Below, piece by piece: positions 37,059 to 47,056 of a stretch of DNA of 47,056 nucleotides. A program made the translations under genes and the position numbers. How positions within the stretch are numbered: position 1 is the stretch's first letter; the number at the start of each line of letters is the position of its first letter. The notes beneath the pieces were generated by a model. That model was given only the letters and a program-made list of their open reading frames with translations, made no database searches and had not been told where the DNA came from. Source of the stretch: Gemmatimonadaceae bacterium (GTDB lineage: Bacteria > Gemmatimonadota > Gemmatimonadetes > Gemmatimonadales > Gemmatimonadaceae); assembly GCA_036570225.1 (NCBI GenBank), contig DATCPG010000331.1:1-47056 (forward strand), written 5' to 3'.

Positions 37059-37835
37059 ATGCTGTCGCGATCCGTGCAACTCGTGTTGCACTACGATGGC
37101 GCGCGCTTTTCCGGGTGGCAGCGGCAGCCTGGCGAACGGACGGTTCAGGGAGTCCTCGAAGCGGCGGTGTCCAAACTCTGTGGAGAACCCGTGACCGTCG
37201 TCGGGGCCGGACGGACAGATGCGGGAGTCCATGCGCGCGGTCAGGCCGCGGGAGCACGCGTCCCCGCGAAATGGGGCGCGCCCGCTCTGCGACGATCGAT
37301 GAATGCCATTTTACCGGATGATGTATGGATTGCGGCAGCCTTCGAAATGCGTGACGAGTTTCACCCCCGCTATAGCGCTATATCCCGCAGCTACAGCTAC
37401 TACGTAGGCACAGACGATCTCGCATCTTCCCCGTTTCGCCGGACACACGAGCTGGCCTGGAAAAAATCGCTCGATTTTTCGCGGCTCGAGACCGTCGCGG
37501 AGGCTGTGGCGGGCGAGCACTGTTTCCGGGCGTTCGCCGTCAAAGGAACCGCACCCGACCGGGATGAGCATCGCTGCACCGTCGCCCACTCGGCCTGGCG
37601 AAAGCGGGAAGGTGGGCTCGTGTTCGACATCGCGGCCGATCGGTTTCTGCACCACATGGTGCGTTTTCTGGTTGGGACCATGCTCGAGGTTGGAGAAGGC
37701 AAACGGGAGCCCGCAGTGATGGCGGACCTCCTTCAGCAGGAAGACAACAATCAAGTCTCTCCGCCCGCTCCTCCACACGCTTTATTTCTTGAGCGGGTGG
37801 AGTATCCGAAAGACCTTTACCTGGAAAGTGAATGA
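37059..37835 (+). CDS. truA: tRNA pseudouridine(38-40) synthase
   Basis: YDGARFSGWQRQ, TVQG, AGRTDAGVHA.GQ, FHPRY, G.HCF.AF, FLHHMVR, APPHAL.L..V.Y. Confidence 0.98.
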   Translation: MLSRSVQLVLHYDGARFSGWQRQPGERTVQGVLEAAVSKLCGEPVTVVGAGRTDAGVHARGQAAGARVPAKWGAPALRRSMNAILPDDVWIAAAFEMRDEFHPRYSAISRSYSYYVGTDDLASSPFRRTHELAWKKSLDFSRLETVAEAVAGEHCFRAFAVKGTAPDRDEHRCTVAHSAWRKREGGLVFDIAADRFLHHMVRFLVGTMLEVGEGKREPAVMADLLQQEDNNQVSPPAPPHALFLERVEYPKDLYLESE

Positions 37836-38497
37836 ACATCTATCTCGAGAGCGTGAACCTCGATGAGATCAGGAACGCTGCCTCGGCCGGACTTGCTGAC
37901 GGCGTCGCGTTTTCGCATGTCGCGTTGAGCGTCGACGCGCCGGACGCGAGCGCGAAAGAAAGGCTCGAAGAGATATCCCGCGAATTCGCGTTCCCTATCT
38001 GCGTTCCGGTGGGCGCGGTTGCGTCGGGCGACATGTACACCGCGGCCCGCGAGCTCGCGAAGGTCTCCGATCACATCGTAGTGCAGATACCCCTCGTCGA
38101 AGACTCTCTCATTCCAATGGCGAAGCTGAGCGCCGAGGGCGTGGTCATCTGCGCGACCTTCGTATTCAACGCAGCACAGGCGATCATCGCCGCCAAGGCC
38201 GGAGCATCGGCCGTCCGCATCACTCTCGGGGAGCTCGAGGCATACGGCCAGTCGGGCGCGCAGGCACTCGCCGAAATCAAGAACGTGCTCGACACGGGTG
38301 GCCAGGAGTGCGACGTCATGGCCGCATCGATTCAATCCGCGACGCAATTCGCCGAGTGCGCGACGGCGGGTGCCGACATCGTCTGCGTTACTCCCACGTC
38401 CCTGCGCGCGCTCGTGGTTCATCCGTTGAGCGACAAGGGTGTCGATCGCTTTCTTAGCGATCTCGCGAAGCGACCCAAGTCACGCGTCTCTTCATGA
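37832..38497 (+). CDS. Transaldolase/FSA-fold protein lacking catalytic residues (probable pseudoenzyme)
   Basis: Colinear with TalC/FSA (NLDEI, DGV, ARELAK, IVVxIP, FNAAQA..AAKAGA, AASI, GAD, HPLSDKG..FL.D), but VKIP has become VQIP and TTNP has become AFSH. Confidence 0.85.
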   Translation: MNIYLESVNLDEIRNAASAGLADGVAFSHVALSVDAPDASAKERLEEISREFAFPICVPVGAVASGDMYTAARELAKVSDHIVVQIPLVEDSLIPMAKLSAEGVVICATFVFNAAQAIIAAKAGASAVRITLGELEAYGQSGAQALAEIKNVLDTGGQECDVMAASIQSATQFAECATAGADIVCVTPTSLRALVVHPLSDKGVDRFLSDLAKRPKSRVSS

Positions 38498-39882
38498 GCA
38501 TCAGAATCGCGCGCTCACTCACGGCGCTGCTTTTCGTAGCATGTCAGGGCGCATCCAGCGCGCCTTCAGGCGCACAATCATCGGCAACTCAGGCCACCGC
38601 CCGCTCCATTAATAATTCGCGCCGAACGGCGATCACGGACGCCGTGGCGCGCGTCGCTCCCTCGGTTGTGACCGTCCAGACGGAGGTCGTCGAGCAGGTG
38701 CCCGCGGACGTGTTCGAGCAGTTTTTCGGTGGACGCTCGGGACAGCGCTCGGCAGCGGGGCTCGGATCGGGATTCATAATCAGGCCAGACGGCGCCATTG
38801 TCACCAACGCTCACGTCATAGCGGGTGCGACGCGCATCCAGGTGGCGATGCGGGACGGGACCACCTACGCCGCTCGCCTGATCGGAAGCGACGAAGCGAA
38901 CGACCTTGCCGTCATCAAGATCGATGCGAAAAATCTTCCCGTCGCACCACTCGGTTCGTCGACGGATCTCCTGATCGGTGAGTGGGCGATCGCTATCGGT
39001 AATCCGTATGGTTTCATTCTCGCCAACTCTGAGCCGAGCGTCACCGCTGGCGTCGTGAGCGGAACGGGCCGGAATCTCGCCACACCGAGCGAGGGTCCCG
39101 GCGTGTACGTGGACATGATCCAGACCGACGCGTCGATCAATCCGGGCAATTCTGGCGGCCCGCTGGTAAACGCGGCTGGCGAGGTAATCGGCGTGAACAG
39201 CTCCATCTTCTCGCCGAGTGGCGGGTCGGTTGGAATTGGATTCGCGATTCCGATCAACCGTGCGCGACGTGTCGCGGAGGATCTGCTCGCGCACGGAGTG
39301 GTCAGGCATCCCTGGATTGGAATGCAGCCCGAGATGTCGCGCGCACCAGGAGTTGCGGGCAACGGCGGCGTTGTTGTCGCGTCTGTCGTTCCCGGCTCTC
39401 CGGCGGCGCGCGCCGGAATTCGTGCCGGGGATGTGATCCTCCGCTCGCGGAGCAGAGCACTGCACAATCCCTACGACTGGTACGCCGAGCTTCTCGAGCT
39501 GCAAGTCGGTGAAAACGATTCGCTCATCGTCAAGCGCGGAGGAAGGGAGATTCCAGTCACCGTCCAGGTAGCCGATCTCCCCGACGTGAACGCGCCCAGG
39601 GTTACCGTCCTCCGTGAGCTCGAGCTTATTTCGGTCACTGCGCCAATCAGGGCGCAGTACCAGATCGAAAGCAGGCAGGGCGCGCTCGTGAATCGCGTGA
39701 GCGACAGGATCCAGCAGCAGATCGGTCTTCAGGCGGGTGACGTCATCGTCCAGATAAATCGCACGCCGATCCCTGACGCACAGACGGTGAATCGCATCCT
39801 GACGAGTTACGGACGCGGTGGAATTCGCCTGTACTTCGAGCGCGGCGGGCAGATCTATGCGACAGAGTTCAGCCTCCAATAG
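38494..39882 (+). CDS. HtrA/DegP-family serine protease with PDZ domains, probable lipoprotein
   Basis: GSGFII, TNAHV, DLAVIKI, QTDASINPGNSGGPL, two PDZ-like regions and an N-terminal lipobox-like FVAC. Confidence 0.93.
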   Translation: MSIRIARSLTALLFVACQGASSAPSGAQSSATQATARSINNSRRTAITDAVARVAPSVVTVQTEVVEQVPADVFEQFFGGRSGQRSAAGLGSGFIIRPDGAIVTNAHVIAGATRIQVAMRDGTTYAARLIGSDEANDLAVIKIDAKNLPVAPLGSSTDLLIGEWAIAIGNPYGFILANSEPSVTAGVVSGTGRNLATPSEGPGVYVDMIQTDASINPGNSGGPLVNAAGEVIGVNSSIFSPSGGSVGIGFAIPINRARRVAEDLLAHGVVRHPWIGMQPEMSRAPGVAGNGGVVVASVVPGSPAARAGIRAGDVILRSRSRALHNPYDWYAELLELQVGENDSLIVKRGGREIPVTVQVADLPDVNAPRVTVLRELELISVTAPIRAQYQIESRQGALVNRVSDRIQQQIGLQAGDVIVQINRTPIPDAQTVNRILTSYGRGGIRLYFERGGQIYATEFSLQ

Positions 39883-41312
39883 TGACGAACCGGTATAACT
39901 CCCCACTCGCCGAGCGTTATGCGTCGGCAGCGATGCTGGAGCTCTGGTCGGCGGCAACCCGGTACGGTCTGTGGCGCCGGCTGTGGCTCGCTCTCGCGGA
40001 GGCGCAGCGTGAGCTGGGAGTAAGGATTCCCGACGAGGCGCTTCGCGAGATGAAGGCAAATCTCGACAACATCGACTTCGATGCGGTCGCCAGCTACGAG
40101 AAGCGTTTCCGTCACGATGTGATGGCGCACGTGCACGCCTTCGGCGACGTCGCCCCGAACGCAAAGCCGTTCATCCATCTGGGCGCCACGAGCGCCTACG
40201 TCACCGACAACGCCGATCTCATTCTGATGCGTCGCGGGCTGGATCTGCTGCGAGGGCGTGCACTCGACGTTCTTCGCTCGCTCGCGGCGTTCGCCGAACA
40301 GTGGCGCGATCAGCCGACGCTCGGTTACACGCACCTGCAGCCCGCACAGCTCACGACCGTCGGCAAGCGGGCCACGTTGTGGATGCAGGATCTCGTGCTC
40401 GATATCGAGGATATCGACTACCGTCGCCGGACCCTCCCCTTCCGTGGCGTGAAGGGAACGACCGGAACGCAGGCCAGCTTCCTGGAGATCTTCGAAGGTG
40501 ACCAGGAGAAAGTGCGAGCACTCGACCGGCTCGTCACGGAGAAGATGGCGTTCGCGGCGCCGCTTCCCGTCACTGGTCAGACGTATACACGCAAACTCGA
40601 CGCATTCGTTCTTTCAGTCGTCGCTGGCCTGGCGGCAAGCGCCGCAAAGTTCAGCAGCGACATACGGATGCTGCAGTCGTTCGGCGAAATCGAAGAGCCG
40701 TTCGAGAGCGAGCAGGTCGGGTCATCTGCCATGGCCTACAAGCGAAATCCGATGCGCTCGGAGCGTATCGCCTCGCTCGCGCGATTCGTGAACTCCCTCG
40801 AGAGCAACGCAAATCAGACGCACGCGGTTCAATACTTCGAGCGTACTTTGGACGACAGCGCGAACCGCCGCCTTGTCATACCGGAGATGTTCCTCGCGAC
40901 CGACGCGATCCTGCTGCTGATGGCAAATGTCTCGAGAGGGCTCGAGGTTCATCCGGCTGTGATCGGTCGCAGGGTCGCTGCCGAGCTGCCGTTCATGGCC
41001 ACCGAGGAATTGATCGTCCGCGCTGTGCGTGCCGGCGGGGACAGACAAATCGCTCACGAGACGATCAGAAAGCACAGCATCGAAGCTGCACGCGCGGTGA
41101 AGGATGGCGCAGAAGGAAACGATCTTCTCGAGCGGCTTGGCCGCGACAAATCGTTCGGCGTCAAGATGAAGGACCTCGAGGGGGCAATCGATCCGAATCG
41201 TTTTGTGGGCCGCGCTCCCCAGCAGGTGGATGAATTCCTGCGCGACGTGATCACGCCGCTATTCGCTGGTGACACGGCCCACGCGGACCGCTCAGAGGAG
41301 CTTCGCGTCTGA
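39882..41312 (+). CDS. purB: Adenylosuccinate lyase
   Basis: [50 protein letters not shown]. Confidence 0.97.
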   Translation: MTNRYNSPLAERYASAAMLELWSAATRYGLWRRLWLALAEAQRELGVRIPDEALREMKANLDNIDFDAVASYEKRFRHDVMAHVHAFGDVAPNAKPFIHLGATSAYVTDNADLILMRRGLDLLRGRALDVLRSLAAFAEQWRDQPTLGYTHLQPAQLTTVGKRATLWMQDLVLDIEDIDYRRRTLPFRGVKGTTGTQASFLEIFEGDQEKVRALDRLVTEKMAFAAPLPVTGQTYTRKLDAFVLSVVAGLAASAAKFSSDIRMLQSFGEIEEPFESEQVGSSAMAYKRNPMRSERIASLARFVNSLESNANQTHAVQYFERTLDDSANRRLVIPEMFLATDAILLLMANVSRGLEVHPAVIGRRVAAELPFMATEELIVRAVRAGGDRQIAHETIRKHSIEAARAVKDGAEGNDLLERLGRDKSFGVKMKDLEGAIDPNRFVGRAPQQVDEFLRDVITPLFAGDTAHADRSEELRV

Positions 41313-42247
41313 TGTTGATGGAAGCGAGCGCGTTGCCGCTCACGCCGCTCCGGCGCGGGAAGGTGCGCGACGTGTACGTCGTCGATGACGAGAGGCTGCT
41401 GCTCGTCGCGACCGATCGTGTCAGCGCGTTCGATGTCGTGATGGCGGAGACGATTCCGGAGAAAGGCGCGGTACTCACGCAAATCACGGCGTGGTGGCTA
41501 CGGCAGCTCGAACACAGCGTCGAGCACCACATGCTGTCGGCGGACATCTCCGACATCGTGCGCGAGGTTCCGCAGCTGCGTGAGCATGAGCGCGAGCTCG
41601 CGGGGCGGGCGATGCTGTGCCGGCGCGCGACGGTTTTCCCTATCGAATGCGTGGTCCGAGGATATCTCTCCGGGTCGGCGTGGAAGGAATACCGCGCAGC
41701 CGGTACGCTCGCGGGCGAGCCTCTCAGGAAAGGCATGAGAGAGTCTGATCGGCTCGATCCGCCTCTGTTCAGTCCGGCCACCAAAGCCGACGAAGGTCAC
41801 GATGAGAACATCACGGTCGATCGCATGAAATCCACGATCGGCGCGAAGTGGGCCGCAGAGCTGGAGCGGTTGTCGCGCGAGGTTTACGAAGCCGGACGCG
41901 CCATCGCCTCGGAGCGCGGAATAATCATCGCCGACACGAAGTTTGAGTTCGGCCGATCGAGGAGCGAGGAGGCGGCCGAAAAGGTTATATTGGTGGATGA
42001 GGTGCTCACGCCGGACAGCTCACGTTTCTGGCCCGCGGACGTTTACGAGCCGGGTCATGGGCAGCCCAGCTTCGACAAGCAGCCCCTTCGCGACTATCTC
42101 GAGTCCGAGAAACGGGCGGGAAGATGGGATGGCAACTATCCACCACCGCGACTGCCGAAAGAAGTGATCGACGCGACGAGAGATCGCTATCTCGACATCT
42201 ATCGTCGCCTGACCGGCCGCTCGCTCAACACTGACGCATCACATTGA
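41312..42247 (+). CDS. purC: Phosphoribosylaminoimidazole-succinocarboxamide synthase
   Basis: [51 protein letters not shown]. Confidence 0.98.
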   Translation: MLMEASALPLTPLRRGKVRDVYVVDDERLLLVATDRVSAFDVVMAETIPEKGAVLTQITAWWLRQLEHSVEHHMLSADISDIVREVPQLREHERELAGRAMLCRRATVFPIECVVRGYLSGSAWKEYRAAGTLAGEPLRKGMRESDRLDPPLFSPATKADEGHDENITVDRMKSTIGAKWAAELERLSREVYEAGRAIASERGIIIADTKFEFGRSRSEEAAEKVILVDEVLTPDSSRFWPADVYEPGHGQPSFDKQPLRDYLESEKRAGRWDGNYPPPRLPKEVIDATRDRYLDIYRRLTGRSLNTDASH

Positions 42248-42930
42248 ACTTCGCGCGCGAAGGACTGCTTTTCATCGCGATTGCCGCGGTCGTGGCCGCT
42301 GGCGCATTCGCTTTCGCCGTATCCCGCCGCTCGTGGGGTCTCTGGCTTGCGGCCTTTGTCCTCCTCCTGCTGGCACTCTGGGTCGCCTATTTCTTCCGCG
42401 ATCCGGAGCGCGTCGGCCAGCGGGGACCATCGCTGGTCGTAGCCCCCGCGGACGGGAAGCTCATCATGATCACGGAAGTCGACGAGCCGTCGTTCATCAA
42501 GGGACGCGCAATCCGCCTGTCGATCTTCATGAACGTGTTCAACGTCCACGTCAACCGTTATCCGGTCGATGGCGTGGTGGGCTACGTCCACTACAACAAG
42601 GGCAAGTTCTTCAACGCTGCTGCCGAGAAGTCGAGCCTCGAGAACGAGCAGATGTCTGTCGGCCTGGAGACCATACCTCCTGATTCGGGTAGAACAGCGA
42701 GGGTTGGCGACGTGCATCGCGTGCTGGTAAGACAAATCGCGGGACTCATCGCTCGCCGCATTGTCACCTACAGCAAGCTCGGCGAGCGCGTGCGACAGGG
42801 CGATCGGATGGGAATCATTCGCTTTGGCTCACGAGTGGATCTCTTTCTGCCGGCCGGTTCCGCAATTCGGGCCAAGCTGGGAGACGTCACTACCGCGGGC
42901 ACAACGGTGCTGGGAGAGTTACCGCATTGA
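42244..42930 (+). CDS. psd: Phosphatidylserine decarboxylase proenzyme
   Basis: [35 protein letters not shown], autocleavage RFGSRVD. Confidence 0.95.
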   Translation: MNFAREGLLFIAIAAVVAAGAFAFAVSRRSWGLWLAAFVLLLLALWVAYFFRDPERVGQRGPSLVVAPADGKLIMITEVDEPSFIKGRAIRLSIFMNVFNVHVNRYPVDGVVGYVHYNKGKFFNAAAEKSSLENEQMSVGLETIPPDSGRTARVGDVHRVLVRQIAGLIARRIVTYSKLGERVRQGDRMGIIRFGSRVDLFLPAGSAIRAKLGDVTTAGTTVLGELPH

Positions 42931-43913
42931 TGCTCCCGGCGGATCAGGCTCGCCGGCACCAAGCCAGAGGAATAGGTGGCGACGTAGATCGTCCGCGCAA
43001 TCGCGGCGTGATCATACTGCCCAATGGATTCACCCTCGCCAGTCTCTTCTTCGGGATGTTCGCCATCGTGTCGGCTTCGCGTGGAGAGTTCGATACGGCA
43101 GGACTCTACGTTGTGTTCGGCGGAGTCTGCGATGCGCTTGACGGCCGGGTAGCTCGCGCAACCGGAACCGGATCGAGATTCGGCTCGGAGCTCGACTCTC
43201 TGGTGGACGCGATCACTTTCGGATTGGCTCCGGCGATGATCATGTACTTCGCCGTACTCAACCGAAATGGATGGGACTGGATCTTCGCGTTCCTGTTCAC
43301 CGCATGCGCGGTGATCAGACTGGCGCGCTTCAACGTCGAGCAGGCGGGTCGCGCCAAGAAATACTTTCATGGCCTCCCGAGTCCGGCCGCCGGAATGACG
43401 CTCGCGACGTACTACTGGTTCAGTCAGACACCGCTCTACAACCAGACCGTCCTCGGCGATCTCAACTGGACTACCGGCCTCCGGGGATTGATGCTCTTGC
43501 TGGCGTTTCTGATGATCAGCAACGTCTCCTACCCCGCGATCCCTACTGTTGGGTTCAGGAAGATCAGCGAGGTACTCGGCACGCTCGTGGTGATCGCGAC
43601 GTTCATCGGCGTGCTCTTCCTCCGGAAAGAGTTCTACTTCCCTGCCCTCATCTGCTACGTGCTGTACGGCTTGGCGAAGACAGTCATATTCGGTTTGCTG
43701 GACAGGCGTCCGGTCGGCGATTCGCCAGTGATCTCCGACGACGACGAGCCACTGCTTCTCACGTCGTCTGGCGTCGTTGGTGCAGGAAACGAAGCCGCCC
43801 GACAACGCCCAAACCGGCGCCGGAGAAGGCGTCGTCCGCCCGGCCACGGTGAGCCACCAGCGGGCGGACCATCCGACATTCCGCCGGCCGGTCCCATTGG
43901 AGGACAACCCTGA
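42927..43913 (+). CDS. pssA: CDP-diacylglycerol--serine O-phosphatidyltransferase
   Basis: LPN.FT, DALDGRVAR...SRFGSELDSLVD, RLARFN, F.GLPSP, LMIS; follows psd. Confidence 0.93.
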   Translation: MMLPADQARRHQARGIGGDVDRPRNRGVIILPNGFTLASLFFGMFAIVSASRGEFDTAGLYVVFGGVCDALDGRVARATGTGSRFGSELDSLVDAITFGLAPAMIMYFAVLNRNGWDWIFAFLFTACAVIRLARFNVEQAGRAKKYFHGLPSPAAGMTLATYYWFSQTPLYNQTVLGDLNWTTGLRGLMLLLAFLMISNVSYPAIPTVGFRKISEVLGTLVVIATFIGVLFLRKEFYFPALICYVLYGLAKTVIFGLLDRRPVGDSPVISDDDEPLLLTSSGVVGAGNEAARQRPNRRRRRRRPPGHGEPPAGGPSDIPPAGPIGGQP

Positions 43914-44170
43914 TGTCGAAGTTCCGCATCGCCGTCCACATCACGCCCCGAAAGGGATTGCTCGACCCGCAGGGGAAGGCCGTGAGCGATGCACTCCACA
44001 CTCTCGGCTTCAAGGCCGTCAAGAACGTCCATGTCGGCAGATACATCATCATCGAGACGGACTCGTACGACGCGATCACTGCGGAAGAAGCCGTGACCGA
44101 GATGTGTGGAAAGCTCCTCGCAAACCCTGTGACTGAAGATTTCGAGATCGAATCGGCGGTGCCGGCGTGA
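43913..44170 (+). CDS. purS: FGAM synthase subunit PurS
   Basis: LLDPQGKAV...LGF...VG....LLANPVTEDF. Confidence 0.96.
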   Translation: MSKFRIAVHITPRKGLLDPQGKAVSDALHTLGFKAVKNVHVGRYIIIETDSYDAITAEEAVTEMCGKLLANPVTEDFEIESAVPA

Positions 44171-44859
44171 AATTCGGGATCGTCACGTTTCCCGGCTCGA
44201 ACTGCGATTACGACGCTTATCACGCAGTGACGGAGATTCTGGGCGAGGAAGCCGCTTATCTGTGGCACAAGGATCACGACCTCGAGGGATCGGACGTGAT
44301 CATTCTTCCAGGCGGCTTCAGCTACGGCGACTACCTGAGGGCGGGCGCTATCGCGCGATTCAGTCCGATCATGCAGGAAGTCGCGGCTCACGCAAAAAAT
44401 GGGGGTCCGGTAATCGCTATCTGCAACGGCTTCCAGATCGCGTGCGAAGCGGGCTTGCTTCCGGGAGCGCTCATGCGGAACTCGCACCTTCAGTTCATCT
44501 CGGCGCAGGTGCGCATTCGCGTGGAGAACTCCGGGACACTGTTCACGAATCTCTACGAGACCGAGGAGATTCTCAGAGTTCCGGTCGCGCACGGTGAAGG
44601 GCGCTACGTCGCGTCGCGACAGGTTCTCGACAGTTTGGAAAACGAGGGGCGTGTTATCTTCAGGTATGCGGACGCCCGGGGAAATATCAACGCGGACGCC
44701 AATCCCAACGGCTCAGAGCGCAACATCGCCGGAATCATCAGCGAGGGCGGAAACGTGCTCGGCATGATGCCACACCCGGAACGCGCCTGTACCCCGCTCG
44801 TCGGCTCGAGTGACGGGGTCCGCCTGTTCGAATCGATTCTCGCTCGCGTGGCGGCCTGA
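44167..44859 (+). CDS. purQ: FGAM synthase glutaminase subunit PurQ
   Basis: [42 protein letters not shown]. Confidence 0.98.
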   Translation: MKFGIVTFPGSNCDYDAYHAVTEILGEEAAYLWHKDHDLEGSDVIILPGGFSYGDYLRAGAIARFSPIMQEVAAHAKNGGPVIAICNGFQIACEAGLLPGALMRNSHLQFISAQVRIRVENSGTLFTNLYETEEILRVPVAHGEGRYVASRQVLDSLENEGRVIFRYADARGNINADANPNGSERNIAGIISEGGNVLGMMPHPERACTPLVGSSDGVRLFESILARVAA

Positions 44860-44860
44860 C

Positions 44861-47056
44861 GTGTCCGTCGTGACCCCTCGGCCCGGTGATCCCGCAATCA
44901 CCCCCGCATTGGTCGCGGAGCACGGGATAACCCCGCTCGAATACGACCGGCTCGTCGCGATGCTCGGCCGCACACCGACATTCACGGAGCTTGGAATCGT
45001 GAGCGCGTTGTGGAGCGAGCACTGCTCGTACAAGCATTCACGGCCAGTGCTGAAGACGGTGCCTACCGAAGCTCCCTACGTCCTTCAGGGACCGGGTGAG
45101 AACGCGGGCGTGATCTCCATAGGAGACGGACTCGCCGTCGCGTTCAAGATCGAATCCCACAACCATCCGTCGGCGGTCGAGCCATACCAGGGCGCGGCGA
45201 CCGGAGTGGGCGGGATTCTTCGCGATGTGTTCACCATGGGTGCTCGGCCCATTGCGATGCTGAACTCGCTGCGCTTCGGTAGCCTGGACAGCTCCAGAGT
45301 CAGGTATCTGTTCGCCGGTGTGGTCAAGGGAATCGGCGACTACGGCAACTGCGTCGGAATTCCCACGGTTGCCGGCGAGATAGTCTTCGACAGCGCTTAC
45401 GCGAACAATCCTCTGGTCAACGCAATGTGCGTCGGCTTGCTGCACGAAGACGATTTGATCCGGGCCAAAGCCGAAGGCGTTGGAAATCCGATCATCGCCG
45501 TTGGCGCGCGCACGGGACGGGATGGAATCCACGGGGCGTCGTTCGCTTCGGAAGATCTCTCCGAGGCAAGCGATGCGAAGCGCCCCCGGATTCAGGTGGG
45601 CGATCCGTTCACGGAAAAGCTTCTCCTGGAGGCCAGCCTCGAGCTGATCAAGAGCGGGCACATCGTCGCGATTCAGGACATGGGGGCAGCCGGTCTCACT
45701 TCGTCTTCGGCGGAGATGGCCGAGCGCGGAGACGTCGGCGTCACGATCGATGTGAGCAAGGTTCCGACCCGTGAGAGCGGGATGAGCCCTTACGAGATTC
45801 TGCTCAGCGAATCCCAGGAGCGGATGCTCGTCGTCGCAAAGCGCGGCCGCGAGGATGCAGTGCGCGAGATCCTGGAGAAATGGGATCTCACCGCCGCCGT
45901 AATCGGCGAAGTGATCGCAGAGCCAGTCTATCGCGTGACAGAGGGCGCGAAAGTCGTGGCCGAATTTCCCGGGTCGAGACTCGTGACGGAATGCCCTTCC
46001 TATTCGCCCGATGCACGCGAGTCGGATGCGATCAAGGCGCTGCGTTCCGAAGATCCTCTCGCTGTGAAGGAGCGTCCTGAGGAAGCTGATCTGCTTTGGA
46101 CGCTCGAGACGTTGTTGTCGGCACCAACCATTGCCAGCAAGGCGTGGGCGTATCGCCAGTACGATTCCACGGTACGCACGAACACTGTGATCGGACCGGG
46201 TGGGGATGCGGCGGTCCTCCGGGTTCGCGGGACGAACAAGGCCATCGCGGTAAAAACAGATTGCAACGGGCGGTACGTGTATCTCGATCCTCGCATGGGT
46301 GGACGCATCGCGGTAGCCGAGGCGGCCCGCAATGTCGCCTGCACTGGCGCGCGTCCGATGGCGATCACTAACTGCCTCAACTTCGGCAACCCGACACGTC
46401 CGGAAGTCTTCTACCAGTTCAAGGAAGCTGTCGGCGGCATGGGCGAGGCTTGTCGCGCGCTCGGCACGCCGGTGACGGGCGGCAACGTGTCTCTGTACAA
46501 TGAGAGCCCGTCCGGCGCGGTGTACCCGACACCCGTCATCGGAATGGTGGGACTCATCGATGATCTTTCGCACATAACTCGCGCGACGTTCCAGCACGAC
46601 GGAGACACGGTGCTGCTGCTCGGCGAGATGGCCGGAGAGCTGGGTGGGAGCGAATACCTGGCGACGATTCACGGCAAAGTGCTGGGCGCGCCTCCCCGCT
46701 GTGATCTCGATCTGGAAAAGAAAGTGATCGATTCGCTGCTCGAGGCAATTCGCGCTGGTGCGGTCAGCTCAGCGCATGATTGCAGCGATGGCGGGTTGGC
46801 GATCGCCCTCGCCGAATGCTGCGTGGCGGATCTGGAGTGCCAGAGCGGCGCGGAGATAGATCTCTCGGCGTTCGGAAACATTCCAAATCGAGCCATGCTG
46901 TTCGGAGAAACGCAGGCCCGCATTGTGATCTCGAGCTCCGCGCCGGAACAAGTTCTGGAGATCGCCGGGAAAGTCGGCGTTCGTTGCTCCCGAATCGGTA
47001 CTGTGAGACGCACGTCCGATACTCTCTCCATAAAAGTTGCTGGATCGATACTGAGA
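44861..47056 (+). CDS. purL: FGAM synthase subunit PurL (runs off the 3' end; absent from the ORF track)
   Basis: GTG at 44861, then [84 protein letters not shown]. Confidence 0.97.
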   Translation, partial: MSVVTPRPGDPAITPALVAEHGITPLEYDRLVAMLGRTPTFTELGIVSALWSEHCSYKHSRPVLKTVPTEAPYVLQGPGENAGVISIGDGLAVAFKIESHNHPSAVEPYQGAATGVGGILRDVFTMGARPIAMLNSLRFGSLDSSRVRYLFAGVVKGIGDYGNCVGIPTVAGEIVFDSAYANNPLVNAMCVGLLHEDDLIRAKAEGVGNPIIAVGARTGRDGIHGASFASEDLSEASDAKRPRIQVGDPFTEKLLLEASLELIKSGHIVAIQDMGAAGLTSSSAEMAERGDVGVTIDVSKVPTRESGMSPYEILLSESQERMLVVAKRGREDAVREILEKWDLTAAVIGEVIAEPVYRVTEGAKVVAEFPGSRLVTECPSYSPDARESDAIKALRSEDPLAVKERPEEADLLWTLETLLSAPTIASKAWAYRQYDSTVRTNTVIGPGGDAAVLRVRGTNKAIAVKTDCNGRYVYLDPRMGGRIAVAEAARNVACTGARPMAITNCLNFGNPTRPEVFYQFKEAVGGMGEACRALGTPVTGGNVSLYNESPSGAVYPTPVIGMVGLIDDLSHITRATFQHDGDTVLLLGEMAGELGGSEYLATIHGKVLGAPPRCDLDLEKKVIDSLLEAIRAGAVSSAHDCSDGGLAIALAECCVADLECQSGAEIDLSAFGNIPNRAMLFGETQARIVISSSAPEQVLEIAGKVGVRCSRIGTVRRTSDTLSIKVAGSILR

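Noticed and set aside
38578-40164. 528-aa minus-strand ORF
   Set aside because: Antisense shadow of htrA/purB; Arg/His-rich and not protein-like.
45038-46672. 544-aa minus-strand ORF
   Set aside because: Antisense to purL, which is clearly the real gene and is missing from the track only because it has no stop in the window.
1-47056. Mobile elements, prophage, defence systems, CRISPR, tRNA/rRNA
   Set aside because: No integrase, transposase, cas or phage motifs were seen. Intergenic gaps are short and show no cloverleaf or repeat-spacer pattern.

Overview
High-GC bacterial core-genome window; gene content and protein style suggest Gemmatimonadota, but that is an inference. It is almost entirely coding, and I found no rRNA, tRNA, CRISPR array or mobile element. 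It holds four long, mostly translationally coupled runs. (1) Minus strand: aspS-phoH-ybeY-meaB, a B12 acyl-CoA mutase large subunit, a SAM methyltransferase, the mutase small subunit, a carboxyltransferase, a split AtuA-like pair, a crotonase, a 56-aa membrane protein, a PLP dehydratase, then recQ, an M16 peptidase, an acyl-CoA dehydrogenase and an ICMT-like methyltransferase. (2) Minus strand: Rne/Rng and rplU-rpmA. (3) Minus strand: a GAF/coiled-coil gene, trpD, lexA on the opposite strand, trpCFB, a HEAT protein, an HD-GYP protein, trpA, folBK, panBC, a YqeK-like hydrolase and LytR_C, which converges on rlmN. (4) Plus strand: truA, a transaldolase-like gene, htrA, purBC, psd-pssA and purSQL. 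The most notable points are: a transaldolase-fold protein whose catalytic Lys and other active-site residues are replaced; two TTCGG-N6-TTCGG direct-repeat pairs placed like LexA operators on a lexA promoter inside the trp operon; a HEAT/HD-GYP pair sharing an unnamed N-terminal domain; an isobutyryl-CoA-mutase-type (Phe/Gln) enzyme in an atu/liu-like cluster; a structured rne leader; and repeated signs of leaderless and non-canonical (CTG) initiation.
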